From a virus: DNA of 32,000 nt. Each line of letters starts with the position of its first letter. Position 1 is the stretch's first letter. Both the position numbers and the translations under genes were made by a program. Positions 15,664-23,652 of the stretch are shown here, one piece after another. The notes below the pieces were generated by a model, which saw only the letters and a program-made list of their open reading frames with translations, did not search any database and was not told the DNA's origin. The stretch lies in the IMG/VR virus record IMGVR_UViG_3300045988_130106, positions 1 to 32,000 of that record; one strand, given 5' to 3'.

Positions 15664-15732
15664 TGAATCGTGCAGGATTCGAACCTGCGTTTCCTATTTG
15701 TGAAATGCTCTGACCAACTGAACTAACGATCC
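15664..15732 (-). tRNA. tRNA-like gene with truncated anticodon arm/variable region (isotype unassignable)
   Basis: Canonical acceptor (GGATCGT/ACGATTC, one G.U), D-arm GTTC-AGTTGGTCA-GAGC and T-arm GCAGG-TTCGAAT-CCTGC. Only 69 nt, and the anticodon region TTTC-ACAAATAG-GAAA lacks a normal 5-bp stem/7-nt loop with U33. Confidence 0.6.
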
Positions 15733-15867
15733 ATACCGACAGCCTTTTATTGACTGCCAGTTTTGTGATTTTGTAATGTAATTAGGAATTTCGAAACTTT
15801 TGTTTACGGGTTACATTTGTATTTTGCGTACACTAAATACAACCTTTGTGCGTCCACAAAGATTTAG

Positions 15868-15940
15868 CGGGGCTGGTGGGATTTGAACCCACGTATGCGA
15901 CAGTCAAAGTGTCGAGTCTTAACCGCTTGACTACAGCCCT
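15868..15940 (-). tRNA. tRNA-Gln(TTG)
   Basis: 73-nt cloverleaf: AGGGCTG / GTC-AAGCGGTTAA-GAC / CGACA-CTTTGAC-TGTCG (anticodon TTG) / GTGGG-TTCAAAT-CCCAC / CAGCCCC G. Confidence 0.92.
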
Positions 15941-15996
15941 ATAATCATCTAAAAATAAAGATTGGAAAATTTCAGCAGATACTTGCTTTGATTAAC

Positions 15997-16025
15997 TTGA
16001 TTTATGAAATGAAACAAAGTATAAT
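15997..16025 (+). promoter_or_regulatory. candidate sigma-70 promoter TTGATT-17-TATAAT
   Basis: TTGATT 15997-16002, 17-bp spacer, TATAAT 16020-16025. Confidence 0.65.
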
Positions 16026-16030
16026 ATGTA

Positions 16031-16125
16031 GTGCATAGTATCTTGGTCGAGCTATGTATTAAGACTACCTGAAACAAGCCAGTGGCGGCAACCACGTAAG
16101 CTTGCGGATAGTAGTCTTTTTATTT
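16031..16125 (+). ncRNA. candidate small structured RNA ending in an intrinsic terminator
   Basis: Promoter just upstream. Hairpin TGCATAG/CTATGTA (16032-16038/16052-16058). Nested terminator stems: AAGACTAC/GTAGTCTT (16061-16068/16111-16118), CAAGC/GCTTG, GTGG/CCAC, followed by TTTTTATTTT. Confidence 0.65.
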
Positions 16126-16218
16126 TCCTTTCCATTTCTGGAAATCTTTACATTTGCTATTATATAACCGAACATTTGTTCTGTCAACTACTTTATCGAA
16201 CATTTGTTCGATTTTGTT

Positions 16219-16497
16219 CTATTCCCGCAAAAGGATTACACTCTCCTTTCCTTTTAGTCTTAGATCAGGAAATGTATCTTGCCTTTCAGTATAGCATCTA
16301 AGCTGTTTAATAAAGTCATCACAAACAGATGCTATGGTTTCTGCTTCTTTGATTATTTTCTCACATTCAAAAAATCTCTTCTTTGAAAATTCACTTATAT
16401 CCTTGGGATTTTCTAAATCATTTACTGCTACAAGAACAACAGCATCTTTTTTTGCCATCTTCTTTGCCTCTTCTACTGTCATTAATATATACTCCAT
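16219..16497 (-). CDS. small protein encoded downstream of the PemK/MazF-like toxin, possible antitoxin
   Basis: 92-aa acidic/charged protein 10 bp downstream of the toxin gene. Confidence 0.55.
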   Translation of the reverse strand: MEYILMTVEEAKKMAKKDAVVLVAVNDLENPKDISEFSKKRFFECEKIIKEAETIASVCDDFIKQLRCYTERQDTFPDLRLKGKESVILLRE

Positions 16498-16506
16498 AAT
16501 ATCCTC

Positions 16507-16863
16507 CTAGTCATTTCCCCAATTTGAGAAGTAAACTCTTTTTACTTCTTCTCTACCAGCATTATCAGTAATAGTACCCATTTTTTTTATAATTCTCTGT
16601 TCGGAGATCTGTCTTATACATTCTCCTAAAAGATAAGAGTCTTTTGTAAAACCATATTTCTCGTTTGCAGGAAAGAGAGAATGCGTAGATTGCTTTAAAC
16701 TTTTAGGTTGTGATGTAAATGGCATAACAACCGTGGAAATACTATACCTATTCCCTATATTATTCTGTACTATTACAGCTGGTCTTATACCGCCTTGTTC
16801 ACCAGCTATTTCTTCTCCGAAATCTACTAATACCACATCAAACTTCTTATAACCGCCTTCCAC
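16507..16863 (-). CDS. type II toxin PemK/MazF family endoribonuclease
   Basis: 118 aa: KKFDVVLVDFGEEIAGEQGGIRPAVIVQNNIGNRYSISTVVMPFTS, the PemK/MazF signature. Confidence 0.88.
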   Translation of the reverse strand: MEGGYKKFDVVLVDFGEEIAGEQGGIRPAVIVQNNIGNRYSISTVVMPFTSQPKSLKQSTHSLFPANEKYGFTKDSYLLGECIRQISEQRIIKKMGTITDNAGREEVKRVYFSNWGND

Positions 16864-16964
16864 TCTGCATCCTCCTTTCCTCTTGATTTGTAATTATACT
16901 ATATACTAATTCATATTATATGTCAAGATATATTACGAATAAATATATATAAATTCATATATTA

Positions 16965-16993
16965 TTGATTTGTATGTTATATTCTGGTATATT
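16965..16993 (+). promoter_or_regulatory. candidate promoter TTGATT-17-TATATT for the XRE gene
   Basis: TTGATT 16965-16970, TATATT 16988-16993, 71 bp before the ATG at 17064. Confidence 0.5.
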
Positions 16994-17063
16994 ATGAATA
17001 CATAAACATTAAAATCCCTTATACTAATACATAATTAAATATTTATTAGAAAGGATCATCCGA

Positions 17064-17519
17064 ATGTTAAAATTATATGTAAAAGAATATTTAGATGCTA
17101 TTGGGCAAACTCCATACTGGCTAAGTATGCAAACAAGAATTGCTCCAAACAACATCCAAAGAATATGTAACGGTGAAACCAAAAATATACGAATGGACTC
17201 ACTTTCAAAAATCTGCGATGTTTTACATTGTACTCCAAATGATTTAATTCAAGATGCTGATAAACCTTTTAGAGGACCCCAAAATATATCAGATAAGGAT
17301 TCAGAACAATCACAAATATATCCTGATATAGCATTAAGAAATGACAACGAAAAAGAACCTAGTCTTATTTTTAGGTTACAAGATGCCGATTATTTAAAAT
17401 CAGATAAAACTTTTTTAAAAATAGCCAATCAAATATTAAAACCAATAATAAAAGAATCAGTTGATCAATCTATTGACGAAAAATTAAAAGCCCTTGAGCT
17501 AGGCGATGCTAAAAAATAG
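17064..17519 (+). CDS. XRE-family HTH regulator
   Basis: 151 aa: LSMQTRIAPNNIQRICNGETKNIRMDSLSKICDVLHCTPNDLI. Only convincing plus-strand CDS in the window. Confidence 0.85.
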   Translation: MLKLYVKEYLDAIGQTPYWLSMQTRIAPNNIQRICNGETKNIRMDSLSKICDVLHCTPNDLIQDADKPFRGPQNISDKDSEQSQIYPDIALRNDNEKEPSLIFRLQDADYLKSDKTFLKIANQILKPIIKESVDQSIDEKLKALELGDAKK

Positions 17520-17532
17520 CACCGCCTTTTCT

Positions 17533-18534
17533 TTATGCAATTCTCATCTCGTTTGCCATATCAATAGCAATCTGGTAAACCTCAATGGCTTCTTTTCCGT
17601 CCTGCATTCCCTTGATAACATTCATAATTACATTTCCAAAGTCATTTGATTTTAGAGAAATGACCGGCATGTTTTTGATAATTTCGTCTCCCTTGCCAGC
17701 CAGGACATTTTTAATGAACTCACCGTGATCTTCCAGATACCTTCTCTTCTGTTCTTCAATCAAACCGATGTAAGTCATTGTAGTTTTCAAGTCTGCATGA
17801 TTAAAAAGCTTCTGTAATGTTAGCAGACAGTTCGGATCAAACATATGCATTTTATGTGTCCAGTAGCCTAACGTCTTACGAAGGCTGTGAGTCGACACGG
17901 GACTGGTAATGCCAATTGCAGCAACTGCCTGTTTCAATTTTCTTCTGTATTCATCAGACTGCCACTTTACAACATCATTCCATTCCACTTCATAATATAA
18001 GTAACCGCCAAGAGTCCTATATTCTTTCTGTTTTTCAAAATCCTTTAAGATTTTCTGTTTTCTATCTTCTGTAAAATCCTTTCCTAAAAATCTGCACCAC
18101 TCTTCTATATCTGTATTATTATATACTGGATTATCATATCGCTGAATCCACGCTGATTTCGCTTCATATTTAAAAATAAACTCATCATAATGCTGCATTG
18201 GATCAATGCCGGTATGGTCCAAATAAATATCCATTGCTTCATATGTCATATGACTTACTGGCAGTTCAGTAACTTTACCTGTTTTCTGCTCTACGATAGT
18301 ATTGATTGCTTCTTTTCTCTTTCCGTTTTCATAATACAGATCAGACCACTTCATAGAGATAGTATCACCAATTCTTCTACCAAGAAGAAGTTCTAACATA
18401 GTAATAAAATATCCATCCCAATCTTCCTTCTTCTCAAACCATTCTACAACAGCTTTAATATCCGCCATGTTCCATAATGGCTGCACCTCTGTTTTACCTT
18501 TTTTCTTTGTTGCGTATCTGCTTTTCTCTTCCAT
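17533..18534 (-). CDS. tyrosine recombinase/integrase
   Basis: 333 aa with GRRIGD, THSLRKTLG and LFNHADLKTTMTYIG. Confidence 0.85.
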   Translation of the reverse strand: MEEKSRYATKKKGKTEVQPLWNMADIKAVVEWFEKKEDWDGYFITMLELLLGRRIGDTISMKWSDLYYENGKRKEAINTIVEQKTGKVTELPVSHMTYEAMDIYLDHTGIDPMQHYDEFIFKYEAKSAWIQRYDNPVYNNTDIEEWCRFLGKDFTEDRKQKILKDFEKQKEYRTLGGYLYYEVEWNDVVKWQSDEYRRKLKQAVAAIGITSPVSTHSLRKTLGYWTHKMHMFDPNCLLTLQKLFNHADLKTTMTYIGLIEEQKRRYLEDHGEFIKNVLAGKGDEIIKNMPVISLKSNDFGNVIMNVIKGMQDGKEAIEVYQIAIDMANEMRIA

Positions 18535-18637
18535 AAAATATTACCTCCACATCGTCTGATGTCTTATTCTCTAAATCCATTTCAATTTTGCGTAAAAAAA
18601 TAGAAGCAGATTTCTCTGCTCCTACATAAAGCCATAT

Positions 18638-18778
18638 TCACTTATTCCGTTTTAGGATTTCCGTCACTTCTTTTACGCTAATCAAATATATCTTCGCTAC
18701 CTGTTTCTTATCCTGGCAGCGCTGATATTCATTTATAATATCCTGATCGATCCACTTGTACTCAACTGGCAGATTCAT
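18638..18778 (-). CDS. small hypothetical protein
   Basis: Not in track: MNLPVEYKWIDQDIINEYQRCQDKKQVAKIYLISVKEVTEILKRNK*. Confidence 0.45.
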   Translation of the reverse strand: MNLPVEYKWIDQDIINEYQRCQDKKQVAKIYLISVKEVTEILKRNK

Positions 18779-18794
18779 ATAATTTTCCATTAAG

Positions 18795-19214
18795 TCACAT
18801 CCTATTCTCCACTTTTAATGTTCTCATAAGTGCTTCCTGTAAAATCCGTGACACATTAATTCCTGCTTGATCCGCAGCATAATTTAACCAGCTTGGTAAG
18901 GCAACATTTCTTCTTACGGTTTTTGTATCAATTTTCTTCCTATATAATGTAGAATCAATATCTACAAATGAGACTACGGTTTCTCCATCGTTTGCAAATG
19001 TTCCATTTGCCGGATTTAATTCTTTGAATTCAGATGGTGTCGGAATTTCTTCTTTATTATCTTCCATTGATACACATTTTAATTCAATTGCGTCTCGTGC
19101 CATATTCATGGCATCATTCATATCCTTACCTTCTGTTAAAATTCCAAAATCTGGGACTTCAACTAATATATCTTCATTTGTTTTTGTAAAAAATACAGGA
19201 TATACATTTTTCAT
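18795..19214 (-). CDS. hicB: HicB family antitoxin
   Basis: YPVFFTKTNEDILVEVPDFGILTEGKDMNDAMNMARDAIELKC plus C-terminal LPSWLNYAADQAGINVSRILQEAL. Confidence 0.88.
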   Translation of the reverse strand: MKNVYPVFFTKTNEDILVEVPDFGILTEGKDMNDAMNMARDAIELKCVSMEDNKEEIPTPSEFKELNPANGTFANDGETVVSFVDIDSTLYRKKIDTKTVRRNVALPSWLNYAADQAGINVSRILQEALMRTLKVENRM

Positions 19215-19273
19215 CTTTTTAAACCTCCATTCTCTAATTATTGATATTCATATGATACTAAAGAAATAATGGA

Positions 19274-19447
19274 CTATAAAAGTCCATTTCTCTTTAGTAT
19301 TGCCTTTGCCAAACGCTCATCAATTTCTTTATGTCTCGGAATTGTTTCTTTCACGTTTCCCCGAACATATATGTCATGACTGCCACCGTGTCTCTCAAAG
19401 ACAAAACCACCTTTTTCTAGTCTACTGACTAATTCCGTTCTTTTCAT
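19274..19447 (-). CDS. hicA: HicA family toxin
   Basis: MKRTELVSRLEKGGFVFERHGGSHDIYVRGNVKETIPRHKEIDERLAKAILKRNGL. Start at 19447 preferred over the track start at 19480. Confidence 0.9.
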   Translation of the reverse strand: MKRTELVSRLEKGGFVFERHGGSHDIYVRGNVKETIPRHKEIDERLAKAILKRNGLL

Positions 19448-19559
19448 GGGTGTCTGCCTCCTTATACATATATTATACACACTTATTGTGTAATGTCAAC
19501 GTTTTTATACACACTCAATACACAAAGCCATCAATGAAACCAACCTTTATTTAATTTTT

Positions 19560-19794
19560 TTATCCTACATTTAAATATCTCTTTGCGGTATCATAATCAA
19601 AAATACAATCGTGTTCCATATTATCTGAATAAATTGTCACACCTGTTTCATCTTGAGTAACATAATACCAAAGCCATTCTTTAAAAAGATAATCCGTGCC
19701 ATCATTTGAATGTGCATCTTTTTTTCATTTGAACCATATACTTTTTTAATGCACTTTTCAAAACTTCAATATCGGTTATATTATCTAAATCCAT
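19560..19794 (-). pseudogene. small hypothetical gene split by a +1 frameshift at a 7-A run
   Basis: MDLDNITDIEVLKSALKKYMVQMKK then, one frame over, KDAHSNDGTDYLFKEWLWYYVTQDETGVTIYSDNMEHDCIFDYDTAKRYLNVG*. Homopolymer at 19719-19725. Confidence 0.6.
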
Positions 19795-19831
19795 TTAACC
19801 ATCTCCATTTTCACTTAAAATGTCTGTTTTA

Positions 19832-20008
19832 TTAATTAAAAATAAATTGAAAATCTGCATCATTTATTTCAACTGTAATGAGTTCTTTGTTGTTGTCAAG
19901 AATATCTACAACTGCACTTTCATATCTTGCGTAAGCTGCTGTACATTCATATTCTTTTCCTTCTGTAAAATGTTCATCTGTTTTTCTACAAATAGCCTTA
20001 TTATTCAT
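19832..20008 (-). CDS. hypothetical protein
   Basis: MNNKAICRKTDEHFTEGKEYECTAAYARYESAVVDILDNN..., AGGAGG RBS. Confidence 0.65.
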   Translation of the reverse strand: MNNKAICRKTDEHFTEGKEYECTAAYARYESAVVDILDNNKELITVEINDADFQFIFN

Positions 20009-20038
20009 ATTACACCTCCTATGAAAACAATCTTTCAT

Positions 20039-20332
20039 CTACTCTCTAATTATTTTATAATAACTTCCAAACCAAACATGTACGGGATGATTTTTAGCTC
20101 CAGGCATGAAAGAACCACTTATCATATCCATAACCTGTCCTGAATCATTCCACCCATTTAATTCCATTTCTATTTTATGTTCCATCTTTTCTTCTTCTGA
20201 ATCATAATGGTACTGTTCTATAAGTTCTGTGTATTTGCCTACACAGTTATCTCCATCCCATATAAATTTTGTTGCATTATCTTTCATTTTAATTCTTTTC
20301 ATATAACCATCCCAATCTATCATTAAAAGCAA
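20039..20332 (-). CDS. hypothetical protein
   Basis: 97-aa ORF. Confidence 0.6.
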   Translation of the reverse strand: MLLMIDWDGYMKRIKMKDNATKFIWDGDNCVGKYTELIEQYHYDSEEEKMEHKIEMELNGWNDSGQVMDMISGSFMPGAKNHPVHVWFGSYYKIIRE

Positions 20333-20334
20333 TT

Positions 20335-20541
20335 CTACCTTTTTGTTTTATACTTTGCGTATTTAGACTCTCCATTGCATCCTTTATATAATTTCCGTAA
20401 AGCAGATCCCAACCCATCTTCCATATCTTTGTCTACTTGTTCATATGTTTCAGATGCTTCGCCCAAAATTTCTACTGCATCAGATACATAATCTATAACC
20501 TGTTGTAATTCTCTATCCGTAAAATAAATACTTCTTCCCAT
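20335..20541 (-). CDS. hypothetical protein
   Basis: 68-aa ORF, GGGAG RBS. Confidence 0.65.
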   Translation of the reverse strand: MGRSIYFTDRELQQVIDYVSDAVEILGEASETYEQVDKDMEDGLGSALRKLYKGCNGESKYAKYKTKR

Positions 20542-20569
20542 TTATATCTCCCATGAAAGCAATTTTTCA

Positions 20570-21154
20570 TTATGCTAATCTTCTTCCGTTTTTCGCCTGA
20601 TATTCAGCCCAACATTCATTAAATCTGTTTGGGTTTATGTCTTTGCTCCTAAGAAATCTTGCATATTTTCTTTTTAATGGCTGCATTTCTTCTTTATAAA
20701 TATCTTCATTAATCCAATTCCAAATATCCATATATGCCATGTCATATTTTACACCACGTTCAGGCTTCCATTCGAATACATCTGCACATATAATATTGAC
20801 CTTTTCGTTAAAATCAAGCTGCGATGCAACCAAATCAATTACTTCTTGATTCTTTTCAATTACAGTTATGCTTTTAACTTCTGGTTTATCTTGTATTGCT
20901 ATAATAATCATTCCAATTCCAAGACCACCAATGATAATATCTCCATAAGCCTTTGAGCAAAATCTTAAATTTGTGCGTTGTTCCATATCCGTGTCGGACA
21001 TAACACATTCTCCATTATGTGTTAATCTAATATATTTTCCGGGCATAATACCATCAATCATTGCTCTAAAATTTCCTTGTTTTATTTCAAATTTCTCTAA
21101 CTTCCAGCCGTTATTTTCTCTTTCTTCTAACAACTCTAACATGTTTTTATACAT
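20570..21154 (-). CDS. class I SAM-dependent methyltransferase-like (spermidine synthase-like fold)
   Basis: 194 aa with DIIIGGLGIGMIIIAI...VKSITVIEKNQEVIDLV...VNIICADVFEWKP...KYDMAYMDIWNW. Confidence 0.75.
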   Translation of the reverse strand: MYKNMLELLEERENNGWKLEKFEIKQGNFRAMIDGIMPGKYIRLTHNGECVMSDTDMEQRTNLRFCSKAYGDIIIGGLGIGMIIIAIQDKPEVKSITVIEKNQEVIDLVASQLDFNEKVNIICADVFEWKPERGVKYDMAYMDIWNWINEDIYKEEMQPLKRKYARFLRSKDINPNRFNECWAEYQAKNGRRLA

Positions 21155-21186
21155 TCAATCACCTGCTCTTCGTACTAATAAAATCG

Positions 21187-21354
21187 TCATTTCATGACTG
21201 AAACATCAATAACATTGAATCCTGCATCTTCCAAGTCTTGTTCAACACAATATCTTAATGTTTCTTCTGATGACTCATCATCATAGAATTCTGCTTCTAC
21301 TTCTACAATGAGTTTCACTTTTATTTTATTTGGCTTATCTATTATTCTTGCCAC
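21187..21354 (-). CDS. hypothetical protein, GTG start
   Basis: Not in track: 55 aa, (V/M)ARIIDKPNKIKVKLIVEVEAEFYDDESSEETLRYCVEQDLEDAGFNVIDVSVMK*; AGAAGGGG RBS. Confidence 0.55.
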   Translation of the reverse strand: MARIIDKPNKIKVKLIVEVEAEFYDDESSEETLRYCVEQDLEDAGFNVIDVSVMK

Positions 21355-21789
21355 CTATATCGCCCCTTCTAATCTACCAAGTAAATCATTCTTCACTTCG
21401 ATTATTGCATTCAGCCTACCTTTAATCTGTAAATCATATGGATTATCAGTATTTTTTAATAAACCCTCAAGCCTATCAATTTCTGTATCAAGCTCACCAA
21501 TATATTCTTTTATCTTTTCTCTCATATCTGGCTTTTTATATTTATTGTTATTATATCTTAATTCAAACTCATTTTTATATTCCTCTTCAGTTACAAACAT
21601 AATTCTTTTCATTACGTGATCTACCATTACACATCTGTAAATATTTTCTGTGTAAAAAACATCACCTACATTAAAATTATTCCAATTTATAATGGCTCGT
21701 TTATCGTTCATCGTTTTATTCACATCGCCAAGCATTTCTTCTGGACAATTTAATAAATATCCATAACAGTTTAAATTTTTATTTTCCAT
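21355..21789 (-). CDS. hypothetical protein
   Basis: MENKNLNCYGYLLNCPEEML... start at 21789 with GGAGG RBS. Confidence 0.7.
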   Translation of the reverse strand: MENKNLNCYGYLLNCPEEMLGDVNKTMNDKRAIINWNNFNVGDVFYTENIYRCVMVDHVMKRIMFVTEEEYKNEFELRYNNNKYKKPDMREKIKEYIGELDTEIDRLEGLLKNTDNPYDLQIKGRLNAIIEVKNDLLGRLEGAI

Positions 21790-21824
21790 TTTTTTACCTC
21801 CAATCATCAAAAGAAAGTTAAAAT

Positions 21825-22043
21825 TCATATTAATTTCCTTCCACAGTTAGGACAAAAATTAATATCTGCAACTGCCTCTCCTTCTCCACTTGCATACATT
21901 CCAAATTTGTTTGTCTTTGAATTCCATAACATAGACAAATATGTCCAGTCGCCTTCAGATATGTCTTCCTTCATATCAAAATCTGCATTACCATAATATT
22001 GTTGATCATATAATTTAGTATTACACCATTCACATTTATCCAT
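21825..22043 (-). CDS. small zinc-ribbon-like protein
   Basis: 72 aa: MDKCEWCNTKLYD...INFCPNCGRKLI (two CxxC). Confidence 0.7.
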   Translation of the reverse strand: MDKCEWCNTKLYDQQYYGNADFDMKEDISEGDWTYLSMLWNSKTNKFGMYASGEGEAVADINFCPNCGRKLI

Positions 22044-22060
22044 AAAACACCTCCTGAAAC

Positions 22061-22267
22061 CTAGATTTCATTTGCTTTTTGTAACTGCATCACTAACTCT
22101 AATTCCGCAATTTCCGTTTTCAGTTTTTTCATATTCAATAATGCATTGATAGCATTGTCTTCATAATTTGACTGCTCGATATTCTTTATATCAATTTTAA
22201 AATATTCCTGCTAATTTTCCAAATCTCGCTTTTTAGCAGCTAATCGTTGTTCTAATACTTCTTTCAT
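22061..22267 (-). pseudogene. small hypothetical gene interrupted by an in-frame TAG
   Basis: MKEVLEQRLAAKKRDLEN(TAG)QEYFKIDIKNIEQSNYEDNAINALLNMKKLKTEIAELELVMQLQKANEI*. Amber codon at 22211-22213. Confidence 0.6.
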
Positions 22268-22308
22268 GTCATCAGCTCCTTTTCACATGAAAACTTGGTT
22301 TCATTGGT

Positions 22309-22569
22309 TTATTCAATTGACTCGTCTAATCTTTTTCCATATACATCTACATAACCGCCATAGCTATTTCCATTCTCTTCATACCAAAAATACCATTCTG
22401 TGTCTGTTATTCTCTTTACATTTATGTCAGAAGTCTTTGTATTCTTAATCCATTTTTCCGCTTCATTAATAGCAACATTTTCATTTGAATATATCCCAAG
22501 CACCCTTGCGTTTGCTTCTGGGTGTTCTCCTTTATTATTAATTACTGTATGTACTATTGTATATAACAT
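22309..22569 (-). CDS. hypothetical protein
   Basis: 86-aa ORF. Confidence 0.6.
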   Translation of the reverse strand: MLYTIVHTVINNKGEHPEANARVLGIYSNENVAINEAEKWIKNTKTSDINVKRITDTEWYFWYEENGNSYGGYVDVYGKRLDESIE

Positions 22570-22571
22570 AT

Positions 22572-22805
22572 TTATAATCCTCCAATCTTTTTATTATTTT
22601 CAAATTCATATTTTCCATATTCATGTTCATATCCATCCCATAAATATGTTAATCTTCCATCTGGATATAAACTAATAAATGAACCTGTAATAACATCGCT
22701 GCATTCTTCTGAATGATAATACATTCCACCTTTTTCATGTTCATACATTTGCGTATATGTATAACCATCCAAGTAAATTTCTTTTGGATATTCCATACAA
22801 ATCAC
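22572..22805 (-). CDS. hypothetical protein
   Basis: 77-aa ORF immediately upstream of the previous gene. Confidence 0.6.
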   Translation of the reverse strand: MICMEYPKEIYLDGYTYTQMYEHEKGGMYYHSEECSDVITGSFISLYPDGRLTYLWDGYEHEYGKYEFENNKKIGGL

Positions 22806-22891
22806 CTCAATATTATATTCTCCATTATATCAGAAACAGAACTGCCTTACGACAATTCCACTCCAAATGAATCTATTATTTCTTCATTGTA

Positions 22892-23605
22892 TTATTCTCT
22901 AATCAATTCTAATTTTGCTTTTATATTCTCATCGTGAACGCAAATAGAAAACCCATTATCTAACAATATTTTGCCTATTTCAATCGCTTCATTTTCAAAA
23001 TCATGTTTTACAATTTTTGGCAATGATTTACACCATCCTCCTATGTACTGGTTCCATTCATATCCTTCGCTTTTAACCAGGTTTATGAACTCGCTATTTT
23101 TTGTGTAGCAAAGTTTTATATACCGGTCAACACCGCCTAAATCTACATACTCTGTAATCTCTACTGTATCATGGTATTTCTGGCTTGTGGGTATGATCGT
23201 ATCTTCCGGCAGAAACCTTGATGCTTGTAGCTTTCTTTCCAAAATATCCTCATAACACAGCACAAACTCTTTATCACAGATATGATCCCGATTATCAATC
23301 CAGAACTTTGCATCAGTTTTTGTATTGATTAAGAATTCTGCCGCCAATTCGTGTTTTTCACAATAGTCCAGGAAATCTGCCCTTATTGTATTTGCCCAGA
23401 CGATCTGTTTTTCCGTTCCGCTCAGATCGGGCATATCATACTGTTCTGCAATCTCTTTATTTCTTTCTTCCTTTTCTTTTTGCTTGCAGTCTGGACACAA
23501 ATCGGAAAAATACTGTTTTGCCCTCCATTCCTTGTAGGATTTTGTGCCCACAAGCTCTATACCACCCTCATGACCGCATGAGTGCTTTCCTTCATACCAA
23601 GACAT
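22892..23605 (-). CDS. hypothetical zinc-binding protein
   Basis: 237 aa, Cys/His cluster HSCGHEG...CPDC near the N-terminus. Confidence 0.8.
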   Translation of the reverse strand: MSWYEGKHSCGHEGGIELVGTKSYKEWRAKQYFSDLCPDCKQKEKEERNKEIAEQYDMPDLSGTEKQIVWANTIRADFLDYCEKHELAAEFLINTKTDAKFWIDNRDHICDKEFVLCYEDILERKLQASRFLPEDTIIPTSQKYHDTVEITEYVDLGGVDRYIKLCYTKNSEFINLVKSEGYEWNQYIGGWCKSLPKIVKHDFENEAIEIGKILLDNGFSICVHDENIKAKLELIRE

Positions 23606-23652
23606 ATATTTTACCTCTTTTCTTTTTTCGATAGTTATGTTATAATGTTTTC

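Noticed and set aside
19448-19480. Extended HicA start (MYNICIRRQTP)
   Set aside because: HicA family proteins start at MKRTEL-like sequence, and the RBS supports 19447.
19719-19725. Programmed -1 frameshift at A AAA AAG
   Set aside because: The needed change is +1 and the heptamer is not in the right zero-frame register, so error or pseudogene is more likely.
22061-22267. Global TAG recoding of the element
   Set aside because: Only one interrupted gene was found. TAG also serves as the terminal stop of this gene and of 1611-1784, so a local event is more parsimonious.
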